A stretch of 64,000 nucleotides of DNA from Candidatus Methanoperedenaceae archaeon (GTDB taxonomy: Archaea; Halobacteriota; Methanosarcinia; Methanosarcinales; Methanoperedenaceae): positions 17,670-81,669 of the forward strand of contig CAVWCX010000028.1 of NCBI GenBank assembly GCA_963753595.1. Reading direction: 5' to 3'. Position 1 is the stretch's first letter. Each line of letters opens with the position of its first letter. A program made the translations under genes and the position numbers. The notes beneath the pieces are model-generated. The model worked only from the letters and a program-made list of their open reading frames with translations, was not told where the DNA came from and made no database searches. This document shows, piece after piece, positions 40,888 through 50,627 of this stretch.

Positions 40888-41733
40888 ATGAAAGGAAGTG
40901 CCCGGCACTTGAGTCTTCTGGCAATCCTGGGAGTCGTCGCGCTTGTTTGCGGCGTCTCCCCGGCACTTGCCGCGACGACGGTGAATCTTGGAACAGCCGA
41001 TAGTTTCGCAGTTCTGGCTGGCTCGGGGATAACCAATACTGGTCCAACGACGATTACCGGGGATGTCGGGACGTTTCCGACTCCGGCTGAGACCGGCTTT
41101 GTCTACATTACGTTGCACGGGGCAAACCACGTGGATGACGCTGTTACGCAATCGGCCAAGAACGATCTGACCTCGGCTTATAACAATGTCGCTGGACAAA
41201 CACCGGTTTCCAGGGTAAATACGGAACTCGGCACTACAACCAGATTCGCAGGTATCTACGACTCTGCGGACGGTACATTTGGGATAACAGGGACTCTGAC
41301 GCTCGACGCCCAGGGCGACCCCAGCGCAGTCTTTATCTTCAAGACCGACTCCACACTTATTACGGCAGGGGCGAGTAATGTAAATCTCATAAATGGCGCT
41401 CAAGCCTGCAATGTCTTTTGGAAAGTAGGCAGTTCTGCAACACTCGGAACGAACTCCCGTTTCAAAGGAAATATCCTGGCATTGACATCAATAACTCTGA
41501 CGACCGGAGCAAACATATCCGGCAGAGCCCTGGCGCGTAATGGTGCAGTGACGATGGATACCAACACGATCACCGCCTCCACATGCCAAGCTACCGGAAC
41601 ACCTGCTGGAACACCTACTGGAACACCTGTCGGAACACCCTCTGCAACACCGATTCCGGAATTTCCGACAATTTCATTGGCTATTGCTTCAGTGATCGGT
41701 CTGATGTTCCTATTCCAGAGAAAGGGCAAATAA
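40888..41733 (+). CDS. DUF3494 ice-binding-family protein with PEF-CTERM anchor
   Basis: LGTADSFAVLAGSGITNTG, LTLDAQGDP.AVFIFK, NVFWKVGSSATLG, GRALARNGAVTMDTN; C-terminal PIPEFPT + TM + RKGK. Confidence 0.9.
   Translation: MKGSARHLSLLAILGVVALVCGVSPALAATTVNLGTADSFAVLAGSGITNTGPTTITGDVGTFPTPAETGFVYITLHGANHVDDAVTQSAKNDLTSAYNNVAGQTPVSRVNTELGTTTRFAGIYDSADGTFGITGTLTLDAQGDPSAVFIFKTDSTLITAGASNVNLINGAQACNVFWKVGSSATLGTNSRFKGNILALTSITLTTGANISGRALARNGAVTMDTNTITASTCQATGTPAGTPTGTPVGTPSATPIPEFPTISLAIASVIGLMFLFQRKGK
41596..41643 (+). repeat. 4 x 12-bp tandem repeat (GGAACACCYNNN) encoding a GTPx linker
   Basis: Seen directly. Confidence 0.85.
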
Positions 41734-41887
41734 TTTAATCTGGCCCTTTATTTTCTTTTTTTTCCCATAGTAAATTTGTCACCCACTTTGTGTTCGTTGA
41801 GGACTTTGATCAGATTTGACGACCTTTTTATGTTTGAAGAATAATCTTACACGCATTATGATACCTGGAAGTAAGCAATGTGATGAT

Positions 41888-42088
41888 ATGATAGCTCGCA
41901 AGAATGAGACAAAACCTCCTTTTAGGCCAGATTCAGAATCGGAAAAGCTGGTACGATGTAACCATTGTGGTGAAACTTTTAAGGAAAAAGAAATAAAGTG
42001 GGATACAATACGGGAGAAGTGGGTCTGCAAAAATCATCCAAAGTGCGATGGCTCAGTGTTGAATTTAGATATTCGTCATGTTGATTAG
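41888..42088 (+). CDS. Small zinc-finger-like protein
   Basis: CNHCG...WVCKNHPKCDG. Confidence 0.55.
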   Translation: MIARKNETKPPFRPDSESEKLVRCNHCGETFKEKEIKWDTIREKWVCKNHPKCDGSVLNLDIRHVD

Positions 42089-42185
42089 ATCTTAAAAAAC
42101 AGGTGTTCGATACAGAAAATTATAAAAAAAAAATGTTTGAGGCTGCGAGCCTCAAGGGAGTGCAGACGCATGATACGCTGCTCTC

Positions 42186-42365
42186 CTACTTCCCAAAGAC
42201 CTTCTTAATCTGGCCGACCTTTTCTTGTATTTTACCTTCTATTTTCTCGCTTTTACCTTCTATTTCCAGATCGGTATTCTTGGTGATTTTCCCGGCGGCT
42301 TCCTTAATCCCACCCTTCACTTTGTGTATATTGCTTTCAATCTTGTCTTGTGTACTGCTTTTCAT
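42186..42365 (-). CDS. csbD: CsbD-family protein, copy 2 (missed by ORF track)
   Basis: MKSSTQDKIESNIHKVKGGIKEAAGKITKNTDLEIEGKSEKIEGKIQEKVGQIKKVFGK. Confidence 0.85.
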   Translation of the reverse strand: MKSSTQDKIESNIHKVKGGIKEAAGKITKNTDLEIEGKSEKIEGKIQEKVGQIKKVFGK

Positions 42366-42403
42366 ATTATTCCTCCGTTTATTTTTAATCTGAATATTCG
42401 TAT

Positions 42404-42676
42404 TTATTTTCGCTCCAGCATATCTCCGATATATGTCCCAATAATAAATAGTACTGCAAGGATTATAACTTCGATAAATATGCCCACTCCGGCTAAACCA
42501 CCAAGCATCAACATCGCTCCACCTCCTAATAACCCCAGTAATACCATTATAGCACCAAGGACTATTCCAATCACTACTCCTTTTTTGAGTAGTGCCCAGC
42601 GGTCTTCCTTGCCTGGTTTCATGTAGCCATATATAATTCCGATTATAATTATCAATATTTCCAATGTATATGCCAT
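42404..42676 (-). CDS. Small 3-TM membrane protein, copy 2
   Basis: Highly similar to 36847-37119. Confidence 0.85.
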   Translation of the reverse strand: MAYTLEILIIIIGIIYGYMKPGKEDRWALLKKGVVIGIVLGAIMVLLGLLGGGAMLMLGGLAGVGIFIEVIILAVLFIIGTYIGDMLERK

Positions 42677-42724
42677 AATATCTCCCTAATTTTTAAATTT
42701 AATATATTTCTGTTGCAGCCAGCT

Positions 42725-43012
42725 CTATTTCTTATATACAAGAACCCCGGTCAGAACTCCAATTAAACCTATCAATACAAATCCAAGCCCCTGCATAGCG
42801 AACATCACATCAATGGCAGATGCAATTCCCCAGAATATCAAGAAAAACCCGGTGCCAGCGATTGAGATCGCAATCCCTGTAATAAATATTTTTTTTCTGG
42901 ATTTCTCTATCCCTTTTTCTATGGAATTGCCAATTACATCATGGGCTTCGCTAAAACCCTGGATTATCGAATTTGAAAGGCCGGAAAGAAAATCTATTAT
43001 ATTTTGCTGCAC
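42725..43012 (-). CDS. YqjE/holin-like 2-TM protein, copy 2
   Basis: Paralog of 38042-38326. Confidence 0.65.
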   Translation of the reverse strand: MQQNIIDFLSGLSNSIIQGFSEAHDVIGNSIEKGIEKSRKKIFITGIAISIAGTGFFLIFWGIASAIDVMFAMQGLGFVLIGLIGVLTGVLVYKK

Positions 43013-43251
43013 TAGCCTTTTCCCCTACCGAGCAGGTAACCCACGAAAACCCCGCCAACGAATGCTCCTGCCACATAAGCAAGAGGGTTTTCATTTATCT
43101 TCGCTTCAGCAGATTCTTTTTGCTCCCCGACTGTTTTCCCTATTGATTTAGATAGTTCATCAAATTTTGCTTCAAATTTGGCCGTCAGGTCGCTGAGTGA
43201 ATGTTTTATCTCTTTTATTTCTTGTTTTACTACTTTTTCATCTTCTTGCAT
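43012..43251 (-). CDS. DUF883/ElaB-like protein, copy 2
   Basis: Three amino-acid differences from 38326-38565. Confidence 0.75.
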   Translation of the reverse strand: MQEDEKVVKQEIKEIKHSLSDLTAKFEAKFDELSKSIGKTVGEQKESAEAKINENPLAYVAGAFVGGVFVGYLLGRGKG

Positions 43252-43281
43252 AAATTAACCTCCACAATGGAAATTGATTGA

Positions 43282-43434
43282 CTATAACGGTTTGCGTCCC
43301 TGGATGATTCTTACCAGTATCACGATAATAGCAACCACCAGCAATATATGGATTAAGCCGCCAAGTAAACCGAGCCCAAATCCCAACAGCCAGAGTATCA
43401 ACAAAATTACAACTATTGTCCAGAATAGATCCAT
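43282..43434 (-). CDS. lmo0937/DUF5670-like 50-aa membrane protein, copy 2 (missed by ORF track)
   Basis: MDLFWTIVVILLILWLLGFGLGLLGGLIHILLVVAIIVILVRIIQGRKPL; RBS GAGGAGG. Confidence 0.8.
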   Translation of the reverse strand: MDLFWTIVVILLILWLLGFGLGLLGGLIHILLVVAIIVILVRIIQGRKPL

Positions 43435-43529
43435 ACAACTAACCTCCTCAAGTATGATATTTGTACTAAATGCATATAATCTTTTCGTTTATTTTTGGCT
43501 TTCAGTCATTTAAAATTAGACATTGCTTA

Positions 43530-43721
43530 TTAATCTTTTTCTGTGAGTACGTCCACACGGTTGTGAAGTTCAGCCATGTTTTCTGCAAGGTTTTTTATTA
43601 ATTCAGCACATCTGTCAGCAAAACTTGCAGCCTGTTTAGCATCTATATCATCTTTTGAATCTGCAATATCTTTCATCAAAAGGTTAGCCATTTCCACAAT
43701 TTCTTCCGGATATACAACCAT
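43530..43721 (-). CDS. Small helical hypothetical protein downstream of thermosome
   Basis: 63 aa, RBS GGGAGG, co-oriented 30 bp after the thermosome stop. Confidence 0.65.
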   Translation of the reverse strand: MVVYPEEIVEMANLLMKDIADSKDDIDAKQAASFADRCAELIKNLAENMAELHNRVDVLTEKD

Positions 43722-43751
43722 TTTAACACTTCCTCCCTTCTTATAAAATGC

Positions 43752-45389
43752 TTAACCCATTCCTTCCATTCCACCCATGCCACCGGGTGGCATGCCTCCT
43801 GCAGGCGCAGCTTTGCTTGAAAGCACATCATCAATCCTCAGGATCATGGTGGCTGCCTCCGTAGCAGAACTGATAGCCTGTGTCTTTACTCTTAGGGGCT
43901 CAACCACACCTTCTTTCCACATGTCCACAACTTTTCCAGTGAACACATTGAGACCGGCAGTATTGTTTCCCTTCTCATGCTGGCTTCGCATCTCCACAAG
44001 CATATCAATGGGGTCAAGACCGGCATTTTCAGCCAGAGTCCTTGGGATGATTTCAAGCGCCTCGGCAAATTTTGCGACTGCCAGCTGTTCCCTGCCTATT
44101 AATGTGGCTGAGTATTCTCGCAGGCGCAGAGCCAGTTCAACTTCAGGTGAGCCGCCTCCAGCTACAAGTGCCTCATCCTCGATTGCAACTCCAACCACAC
44201 GCAATGCATCATGAAGCGCACGCTCGGCTTCATCCACGACATGCTCGGTCCCTCCTCGAAGAATAATGGAGACTGCCTTGGGGTTGTGGCATCCGGTAAC
44301 ATATGTCATTGCCTCCTCACCGATCTTTTTCTCCTCTACAAGATCCGCTTTTCCAAGATCAGATTCGCTGATTTCCTTTAGACCTGTCAGTATCTTTGCA
44401 CCGGTTGCGCGTGCCAGTTTTTCCATGTCGCTTTTCTTTACGCGCCTTGCTGCGAAAATGCCTGCTTTTGCAAGATAATGCTGTGCAAGGTCATCTATTC
44501 CCTTCTCAACGAAGACCACATTTGCACCGCTTTTAATCACTTTTTTGACCATGTCATGCAACATCTGTTCTTCCTGGTCAAGGAATAACTGGAGCTGGTC
44601 GGGTGATTTTATTGATATCTCGGATTTCACTTCTGTCTTTTTGATCTCGAGGGCTTCATTGAGCAGAAGTATCCTGGCATCATGGACATTCTTTGGCATG
44701 TTGGTATGGGCTCTTTCCTTATCGATTACCATGCCTTCGATCAGCTCTGATGCTTCTACACTGCCGCCCACTTTCTTCTCAACTTTGATCTCTTCAATAT
44801 CTGCTTTATATTTGCCATTCTCTTCATCAACCACCGCTAATATGGCATTTACAGCAAGGCTGGCGAAAACATCCTTGGAAGCTTCGGCTCCTTTTCCGGT
44901 AATCGCTGTCACAGCGATTTTCAATAATAAATCCTTATCTTCCAGAGTCACTGTTTTTGCAAGGGTCTTAAGGATCTCTTTTGCTTTTATCGATGCAAGC
45001 CTGTATCCGCTTGCGATGACTGTGGGATGAACACCCAGCTCTAATAGATCTTGCGCATTCTTCAGGAATTCACCTGCAAGCACTGCTGCCGTTGTTGTGC
45101 CATCTCCTACCTCATCATCCTGGGTCTTTGCGACTTCCACGATCATCTTGGCTGCCGGATGCTCGATATCCATTGCCTGGAGAATGGTCGCACCATCATT
45201 GGTGATTACGATATCGCCCAGCGAGTCCACGAGCATTTTATCCATACCCTTTGGTCCCAGGGTCGTCCTGACCGCCGCTGCTACCGCCATGGCAGCCATG
45301 ATATTGTTATGCTGCGCTTCTTTTCCTTTTGTTCTTTGACTGCCTTCTCTCAGAATATAGATTGGCTGTCCTGATAATTGTCCTGCCAT
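43752..45389 (-). CDS. ths: Thermosome subunit (group II chaperonin)
   Basis: [28 protein letters not shown] tail. Start MAGQLSGQP at 45389 after RBS GGAGG. Confidence 0.97.
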   Translation of the reverse strand: MAGQLSGQPIYILREGSQRTKGKEAQHNNIMAAMAVAAAVRTTLGPKGMDKMLVDSLGDIVITNDGATILQAMDIEHPAAKMIVEVAKTQDDEVGDGTTTAAVLAGEFLKNAQDLLELGVHPTVIASGYRLASIKAKEILKTLAKTVTLEDKDLLLKIAVTAITGKGAEASKDVFASLAVNAILAVVDEENGKYKADIEEIKVEKKVGGSVEASELIEGMVIDKERAHTNMPKNVHDARILLLNEALEIKKTEVKSEISIKSPDQLQLFLDQEEQMLHDMVKKVIKSGANVVFVEKGIDDLAQHYLAKAGIFAARRVKKSDMEKLARATGAKILTGLKEISESDLGKADLVEEKKIGEEAMTYVTGCHNPKAVSIILRGGTEHVVDEAERALHDALRVVGVAIEDEALVAGGGSPEVELALRLREYSATLIGREQLAVAKFAEALEIIPRTLAENAGLDPIDMLVEMRSQHEKGNNTAGLNVFTGKVVDMWKEGVVEPLRVKTQAISSATEAATMILRIDDVLSSKAAPAGGMPPGGMGGMEGMG

Positions 45390-45466
45390 AACTAACCTCC
45401 ATTTCGATCTGGTCTTCAACCTTCGAAGCATTAAAATCGAAAAGCCCTGGATACTTGAAAGGGATT

Positions 45467-45597
45467 CAAGCACGAGCGGGAACCATATCCATAGTTTTTC
45501 CGCACATGGCATTACCCATGATTGGCATTTCTATATCATCCTGAACTTACGAGATTACCACGCAGGTTTAGAAAATGATCACTCGTTTTACTCTCCC
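45467..45597 (-). ncRNA. Candidate structured RNA, family A, copy 2 (5' leader of thermosome)
   Basis: Homolog of 35654-35791 with covariation; ends about 78 nt before the thermosome ATG. Confidence 0.55.
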
Positions 45598-45736
45598 ATT
45601 TATATGTATGACATTAATGGCATTTATACATGTTGATTGGATGCTGTTGCCACTGTGAGGTCGCTTTGAGCTTTCAAGGTGGCATTCTGGAGCCAACCTG
45701 CTTCTGTGTTTCACAGGAAAATGAAATTCTGATAGA

Positions 45737-46855
45737 TCAGAACAATCCAATAATAGGTTTAATTATTTCCCATAAAATCATGAGAACTATTGCAACCTCA
45801 AGCCAGAGGGCCAATTGCTCGGCGGAAAGTTGCCTTGCTGTTGAGTAGAGATCCTGGAGAGAATCGATCTTTTCCTGCACCAATTTTCCATAGTCCATTA
45901 CTTTGAGCGTGTCCAGCATATTCTGATAAAAAGACTGGTAATACCAATCAGTTGTAATTTTGTGAGGATTCATCAGGTCTTTAATATCATCAAGGATCAC
46001 AAGCCCGATCTCACTCACCATAAATAATGATTTTTCAAGTTTTCTTGGCGCCTGTGTTATGAAATAGTATCTTGAGCTGTTAAGGCTTTTTAGAGCTTCG
46101 AAAGCGTTAGATATTTCAAGATCGATCTCCCTGTCATATATCTGGAACAAAAGAAAAAGTGATATGGAAAGTTCCAGTAATTCACGCAGTTCGTTGATGT
46201 AACCATCGCAACCAATAACAAAAGCCCCCTCGGTCGTAGCAAGAAACAGGTCTTCATCGTAATATGAGAGATCATTTGCGATCTTTTCCATGATCTCCTT
46301 GCTGTGCAGCGCACGGCTGGAAGTCTCTCCTGAAAGGAAACGTGTGATTACCTCCCCATATTGCTCTCGCAGGCTTTTCTGGTCGAGTTGGGGCGTAAAA
46401 TCTTTAATTTTAAGAAATGTGAATTTTTTGATATCCGGATGATATTCGACAGTCTTTATCGGATTGATTTTCTCACGTACTTCTTTTATCCTTTTATTTA
46501 CATATGACTGGTAGTCAAGTCCTTCCACGATAATGGTGTTTGAATGAAGAGCTGTCTGGATATCGTGCAAAGATATCTTATCCCGTATCTCGATTTCTGT
46601 CCTCAGTATTGATACGCCTGCGGCAAAAATATCGGTATACATGTCAGTATTGCAGGTAATTTTTTCACGGTCAGAGGCAATAACAGTCATGCCCCGGGCT
46701 TTTTCAATTTCAATCGGTTTATTCCATCTTTGCGTAATTACTTCTGAACCGATCAACGCCTTTATCTGGGTTTTATCCAGTTCACCACCATGCCCGAAAG
46801 CCGCAAGGATCGTGAGCCTGCCATTTTGAATTGTGAAATCGCTGGTCGTATCCAT
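45737..46855 (-). CDS. Hypothetical protein, RMD1/DUF155-like with C-terminal TM
   Basis: SYYDEDL, YDREID, DWYY, LEVAIVLMILWEI pattern. Family call is tentative. Confidence 0.6.
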   Translation of the reverse strand: MDTTSDFTIQNGRLTILAAFGHGGELDKTQIKALIGSEVITQRWNKPIEIEKARGMTVIASDREKITCNTDMYTDIFAAGVSILRTEIEIRDKISLHDIQTALHSNTIIVEGLDYQSYVNKRIKEVREKINPIKTVEYHPDIKKFTFLKIKDFTPQLDQKSLREQYGEVITRFLSGETSSRALHSKEIMEKIANDLSYYDEDLFLATTEGAFVIGCDGYINELRELLELSISLFLLFQIYDREIDLEISNAFEALKSLNSSRYYFITQAPRKLEKSLFMVSEIGLVILDDIKDLMNPHKITTDWYYQSFYQNMLDTLKVMDYGKLVQEKIDSLQDLYSTARQLSAEQLALWLEVAIVLMILWEIIKPIIGLF

Positions 46856-47052
46856 AACAATATTAAATATGTTTTAAAAATATATAAAGTTATGATAGTT
46901 TCATTAAAGACTGATTGAAGAAATCAAACTGGTATTATTCCTGACAGTATACTGGTCTATCGCATGATGGCTTGAAATGTATTTCAGATTCCTGATTGCA
47001 GTCAGCACATGTTATTTTGTGCACAGATTGTTTTTACAGTGACCAGAAGCGC

Positions 47053-47294
47053 CTAGTGTCTTGTTAAGTGTCAATTAGCAAGCCAACTAACAATAGTTTT
47101 TCAAAATCCGTAGCATTAAATCTGCGTTTATCTGCGTTCATCTGCGGCTAATTTTTCAAGGCTGAACATAGTAATTCCTGCATGCGCTGGATTGCGCCGC
47201 ATCCATAACAGTAGATCACGTTTTTTTATAATATTTGCGGAAAACCATAATTATCTCGATATCATTTGACAATTTAGCCTTGACAGGGCACTAG
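47053..47294. mobile_element. MITE-like non-autonomous element flanked by CTAG
   Basis: CTAGTGTCTTGTTAAG ... CTTGACAGGGCACTAG (13/16 inverted match including CTAG); no ORF. Confidence 0.6.
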
Positions 47295-47537
47295 TCAGGC
47301 CGGAAAAGCAGATTGCTACTTTAAATAGAATGATTAATCATAAATGTTATTAATATTATAAAATATAAATATATTAAAGTTATTACTATATATATGAGAA
47401 CGTTCAATAGTATGTAGCCAGAAATGTCAAGTCGTGGGGTTGCAAGTATTAAAGCCTGAAATCAACATTAACTTTTCTACTGGGTTCAAAAATGAGACTC
47501 TTGAATCAATTCAGGGGACTAATCAGAAGGTGAAATA

Positions 47538-47903
47538 ATGGAAATTAAAGAAATAAATGTACTGGGGGGTATCATCCCGCAAATTGGTGAAATCCGAGAA
47601 ATTGGGGAAAAGCCGTTTGCTGGCATCGCAGTTAATGCGGGGACGGGAGATTATCTATATCCCGATGACAACCACGATGTGTTATACGAAAATGCTCTTG
47701 AGGATATAGGGAAGCTGCTGGGACATGTTCCTGGTTTCATGAAACTTCTTCCCAACAAAGTACTCATACATAACTGGTCTTCATGGAAGGGGATTGGGGA
47801 GATTGACATGGAAAGAGCCAGATTCCTGCTAAGTACAGACGAAATGTCTGAAGAAAAGCCAGGCAAAACTCAGGGAAGAGTTGATGAACATGGATATATT
47901 TGA
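47538..47903 (+). CDS. Hypothetical protein
   Basis: 121 aa, RBS AGGTG, first gene of the run leading into the PHA cluster. Confidence 0.6.
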   Translation: MEIKEINVLGGIIPQIGEIREIGEKPFAGIAVNAGTGDYLYPDDNHDVLYENALEDIGKLLGHVPGFMKLLPNKVLIHNWSSWKGIGEIDMERARFLLSTDEMSEEKPGKTQGRVDEHGYI

Positions 47904-48045
47904 TGTGTTAAAAGCCATCTCAACAAGAAAGATGGAACTCATGCATACGGGTATAAGTGAAAATGACGCCTTGATCAAGGCGGAATTTTATGTATCTAAA
48001 GATTATCATATTTCTCTGCCTGATATCAAGAAAATTGGCGGATAG
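47890..48045 (+). CDS. 51-aa hypothetical protein (missed by ORF track)
   Basis: MDIFDVLKAISTRKMELMHTGISENDALIKAEFYVSKDYHISLPDIKKIGG; overlaps the upstream stop; helical protein-like composition. Confidence 0.55.
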   Translation: MDIFDVLKAISTRKMELMHTGISENDALIKAEFYVSKDYHISLPDIKKIGG

Positions 48046-48107
48046 AAATCAATCGTTGTGAACAGACAGGTAAGGACAAAATTAACAATAAATTATGGTG
48101 AATTAAT

Positions 48108-49187
48108 ATGGTTAAAAAAATTGAAGGAAAGGATATAATCGAAGAAAATAAGAATATAAACGAAGAGAAGAAGGATATTTTCAAAACATGGGCAGACAGC
48201 CACACAGCGGTTTCAAAAATGTGGGAGGATTCCTACTTAAAGCTGTACAAGCCCTGGTTCGAATCCACAGAAGCACTGTTCGGCAAAGCGTCTCTTCTCT
48301 CAAAAGATGCTACACCGGAAAAATATAAGGAATTTTATGGTGAATGGATGAAAACGTCCCAGAACACCCTGGGAAAATTTTATCAAATCCCAACCCTTGA
48401 ATCCAATAAGGAAACATTTGAGAAACTATTAAGTAGCGCAGAGGATTCGAAAAAGATCTACATGTCATGGATCGCCGAATCAGAGGAAAATTCCAGGGCG
48501 ACCCGCGAAGTTCTCCAGGGCGAACCAGATCCTGTAAAATCCAAAGAAGTTTATGAGATGTGGATCAAGTCATATGGAAAAATGCTTGATGAACTCCTGA
48601 CACTGCCAATGCGGCAAAATATGAAAGAGATCTTTGAGAAAGCAGGCATACCGGATTTCTATACAGGGACATTTGACCAGATATCAAAACTCTGGAAAGA
48701 TTCATACACAAAGCTCTACGTGCCTTATATTGATTCCATGCTGAAGCTTTCTACGAAATCAGCGCAGATCTCCCAGGGGAATGCAAGCCCTGAAGTCTAT
48801 AAGGAGTTTTATGCCTTATGGATGGAAGCATATCAAGAGACCTATGGCAAGTTGTTTGATATCCAATCCAAGAGACCTTCAAAAGAAGTACTGGAGTATT
48901 TCCTGCAGAACGCAAACATTAACCAGAACCTCTACAAGTCATGGATAGCGACCCTTGAACAACTGTCACTGAAGGCTAAGGAACTATCAAAACAAAATGC
49001 TGATCCTGAGGCATATAAAGGATTTTATAATCTCTGGGCAAATACGTATGAAAAAGCATTTGATAACTTCTTTGAGAATATGCCCACAGCCAGCCCGTTT
49101 GAAGATGTCCTGGAACCTGTAAAGAATGCTGCGCGGATATATTCAGACACATTTACCAATATATCAAGAACGTGGATGAAATCATAG
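48108..49187 (+). CDS. PhaE-repeat protein 1
   Basis: Four copies of a PExYKEFYxxWxxxYxxxF-like motif that also occurs in PhaE at 50624. Confidence 0.75.
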   Translation: MVKKIEGKDIIEENKNINEEKKDIFKTWADSHTAVSKMWEDSYLKLYKPWFESTEALFGKASLLSKDATPEKYKEFYGEWMKTSQNTLGKFYQIPTLESNKETFEKLLSSAEDSKKIYMSWIAESEENSRATREVLQGEPDPVKSKEVYEMWIKSYGKMLDELLTLPMRQNMKEIFEKAGIPDFYTGTFDQISKLWKDSYTKLYVPYIDSMLKLSTKSAQISQGNASPEVYKEFYALWMEAYQETYGKLFDIQSKRPSKEVLEYFLQNANINQNLYKSWIATLEQLSLKAKELSKQNADPEAYKGFYNLWANTYEKAFDNFFENMPTASPFEDVLEPVKNAARIYSDTFTNISRTWMKS

Positions 49188-49208
49188 CCCTGCTCCACTG
49201 GACAATGT

Positions 49209-49230
49209 AAGATCGGAAAAATCCGATCTT
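49209..49230. terminator. Perfect 9-bp hairpin after PhaE-repeat gene 1
   Basis: AAGATCGGA-AAAA-TCCGATCTT. Confidence 0.4.
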
Positions 49231-49532
49231 TAAATCCTTGCAAACTTGTTTACAAGAAAAGAATTGGCATTAATATTCACTTTTTAATAATGATCGCAGC
49301 AACTGATTTCTTCGGTGATGTGATCTTATTTAAATTATTAATATAGTGAGATAACTTATATATATGTTAATAGCCATAAATCAGTATATGGTGGGGTAAG
49401 AATCACAGATATTATGTTTTGACGGAAAACTCAAAATTATCATATGGCTCCCAAAAACCAGGGGCTATAATAGGTGATCCGATTAAACTAAATTTCCCGC
49501 TTCAGGATATAATAAATTAATAGAGGAATATT

Positions 49533-50627
49533 ATGGCCAGGAAAACAGAACCAAAAAATATTAGTGAAGATAAGATTTTTAATACATGGGCAGATAGTTA
49601 CTCGGCATTTTCAACAATGTGGGGGGATTCCTACTTAAAATTATACAAACCATGGATAGAATCCTCAGGAGAGATGTTTGATAAAACCGCCAAAATCTCA
49701 AAAGATGCTACACCACAGAAATACAGGGAATTCTATGATGAATGGCGCAAAACCTACCAGAATACCTTTGGTAAATTTTGCCCGCTCCCTGAAGAGAGAT
49801 CAAATAAAGAGATTCTGGAAAAATTCATTTTAAATGCACAGGGACTGAATAAACAATATGGATCATGGATGACGGAGTTAGAAGATAATTCCAGGGCTAC
49901 CCGCGAGGTACTCCGGGGGAAACCGGATCCTGAAAAATATAAAGAAGTCTATGATCAATGGATGAGATCATATGAAAAAATATTCGATGAGCTGTTAGAG
50001 CTTCCATTTAAAGAAGGCACAAAAGAGATATTTGGAGAGAATATGGTATTTCCAGACATCTATTCGGGGGCTTTTTTACAGATGTCAAAACTGTATAAGA
50101 GATCATACCGGCAGTTGTGCGAGCCTTTAAATGAATCAATGAAGGCAATTTCCGATAAAATGACAGAGATCTCCCGGGGAAATGCCAGCCCGGAAGCATA
50201 TAAGGAATTTTATACACTATGGATGGATACATATAAGGATATATCTGGCAAATATGCCAGGTCCATGGGACCATCGGATGAAAAATTAGCGAATTTCGTG
50301 GATATGACCCAGGTTTATCTTAGCCTGTACAAGTCCTGGATAGCAGCACTTGAAGAAATGTCAGAAAAGGCAAAGGAGATATCCATACAAAACTCTGACC
50401 CTGAGGCTTTTAAAGAATTTTATAATATCTGGGTAAAGCTTTATGAAAAAGCTTTTGACAGTTTTTTTGAAGACATGCCCACAGTGGAAGGACCAATGAA
50501 AGAAGCCATGGAACCGGTAAAAACCATGGCAAAATTGTACGCAGATACATTTATTAAAATGTCAAAGATGTGGGCCGGATCCGGTTCACATTGCGCTTCA
50601 GCATATCCGGGGAAGAATAAAAAATGA
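49533..50627 (+). CDS. PhaE-repeat protein 2
   Basis: Colinear paralog of 48108-49187; its stop overlaps the phaE start (ATGA). Confidence 0.75.
   Translation: MARKTEPKNISEDKIFNTWADSYSAFSTMWGDSYLKLYKPWIESSGEMFDKTAKISKDATPQKYREFYDEWRKTYQNTFGKFCPLPEERSNKEILEKFILNAQGLNKQYGSWMTELEDNSRATREVLRGKPDPEKYKEVYDQWMRSYEKIFDELLELPFKEGTKEIFGENMVFPDIYSGAFLQMSKLYKRSYRQLCEPLNESMKAISDKMTEISRGNASPEAYKEFYTLWMDTYKDISGKYARSMGPSDEKLANFVDMTQVYLSLYKSWIAALEEMSEKAKEISIQNSDPEAFKEFYNIWVKLYEKAFDSFFEDMPTVEGPMKEAMEPVKTMAKLYADTFIKMSKMWAGSGSHCASAYPGKNKK

Noticed and set aside
40759-41403. 214-aa minus-strand ORF and other long antisense ORFs over ths, phaA, argS and htrA
   Set aside because: They overlap well-supported genes on the opposite strand and carry no recognisable motifs.
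45390-45512. 41-aa N-terminal extension of the thermosome ORF, or a leader peptide
   Set aside because: The RBS and the conserved start are at 45389. The paralogous leader at 35.7 kb has a stop and frameshift in this frame.
47410-47530. Possible structured leader before 47538, containing CTTGAATC like family A
   Set aside because: Single copy with only short, weak stems; the shared 8-mer could be chance.
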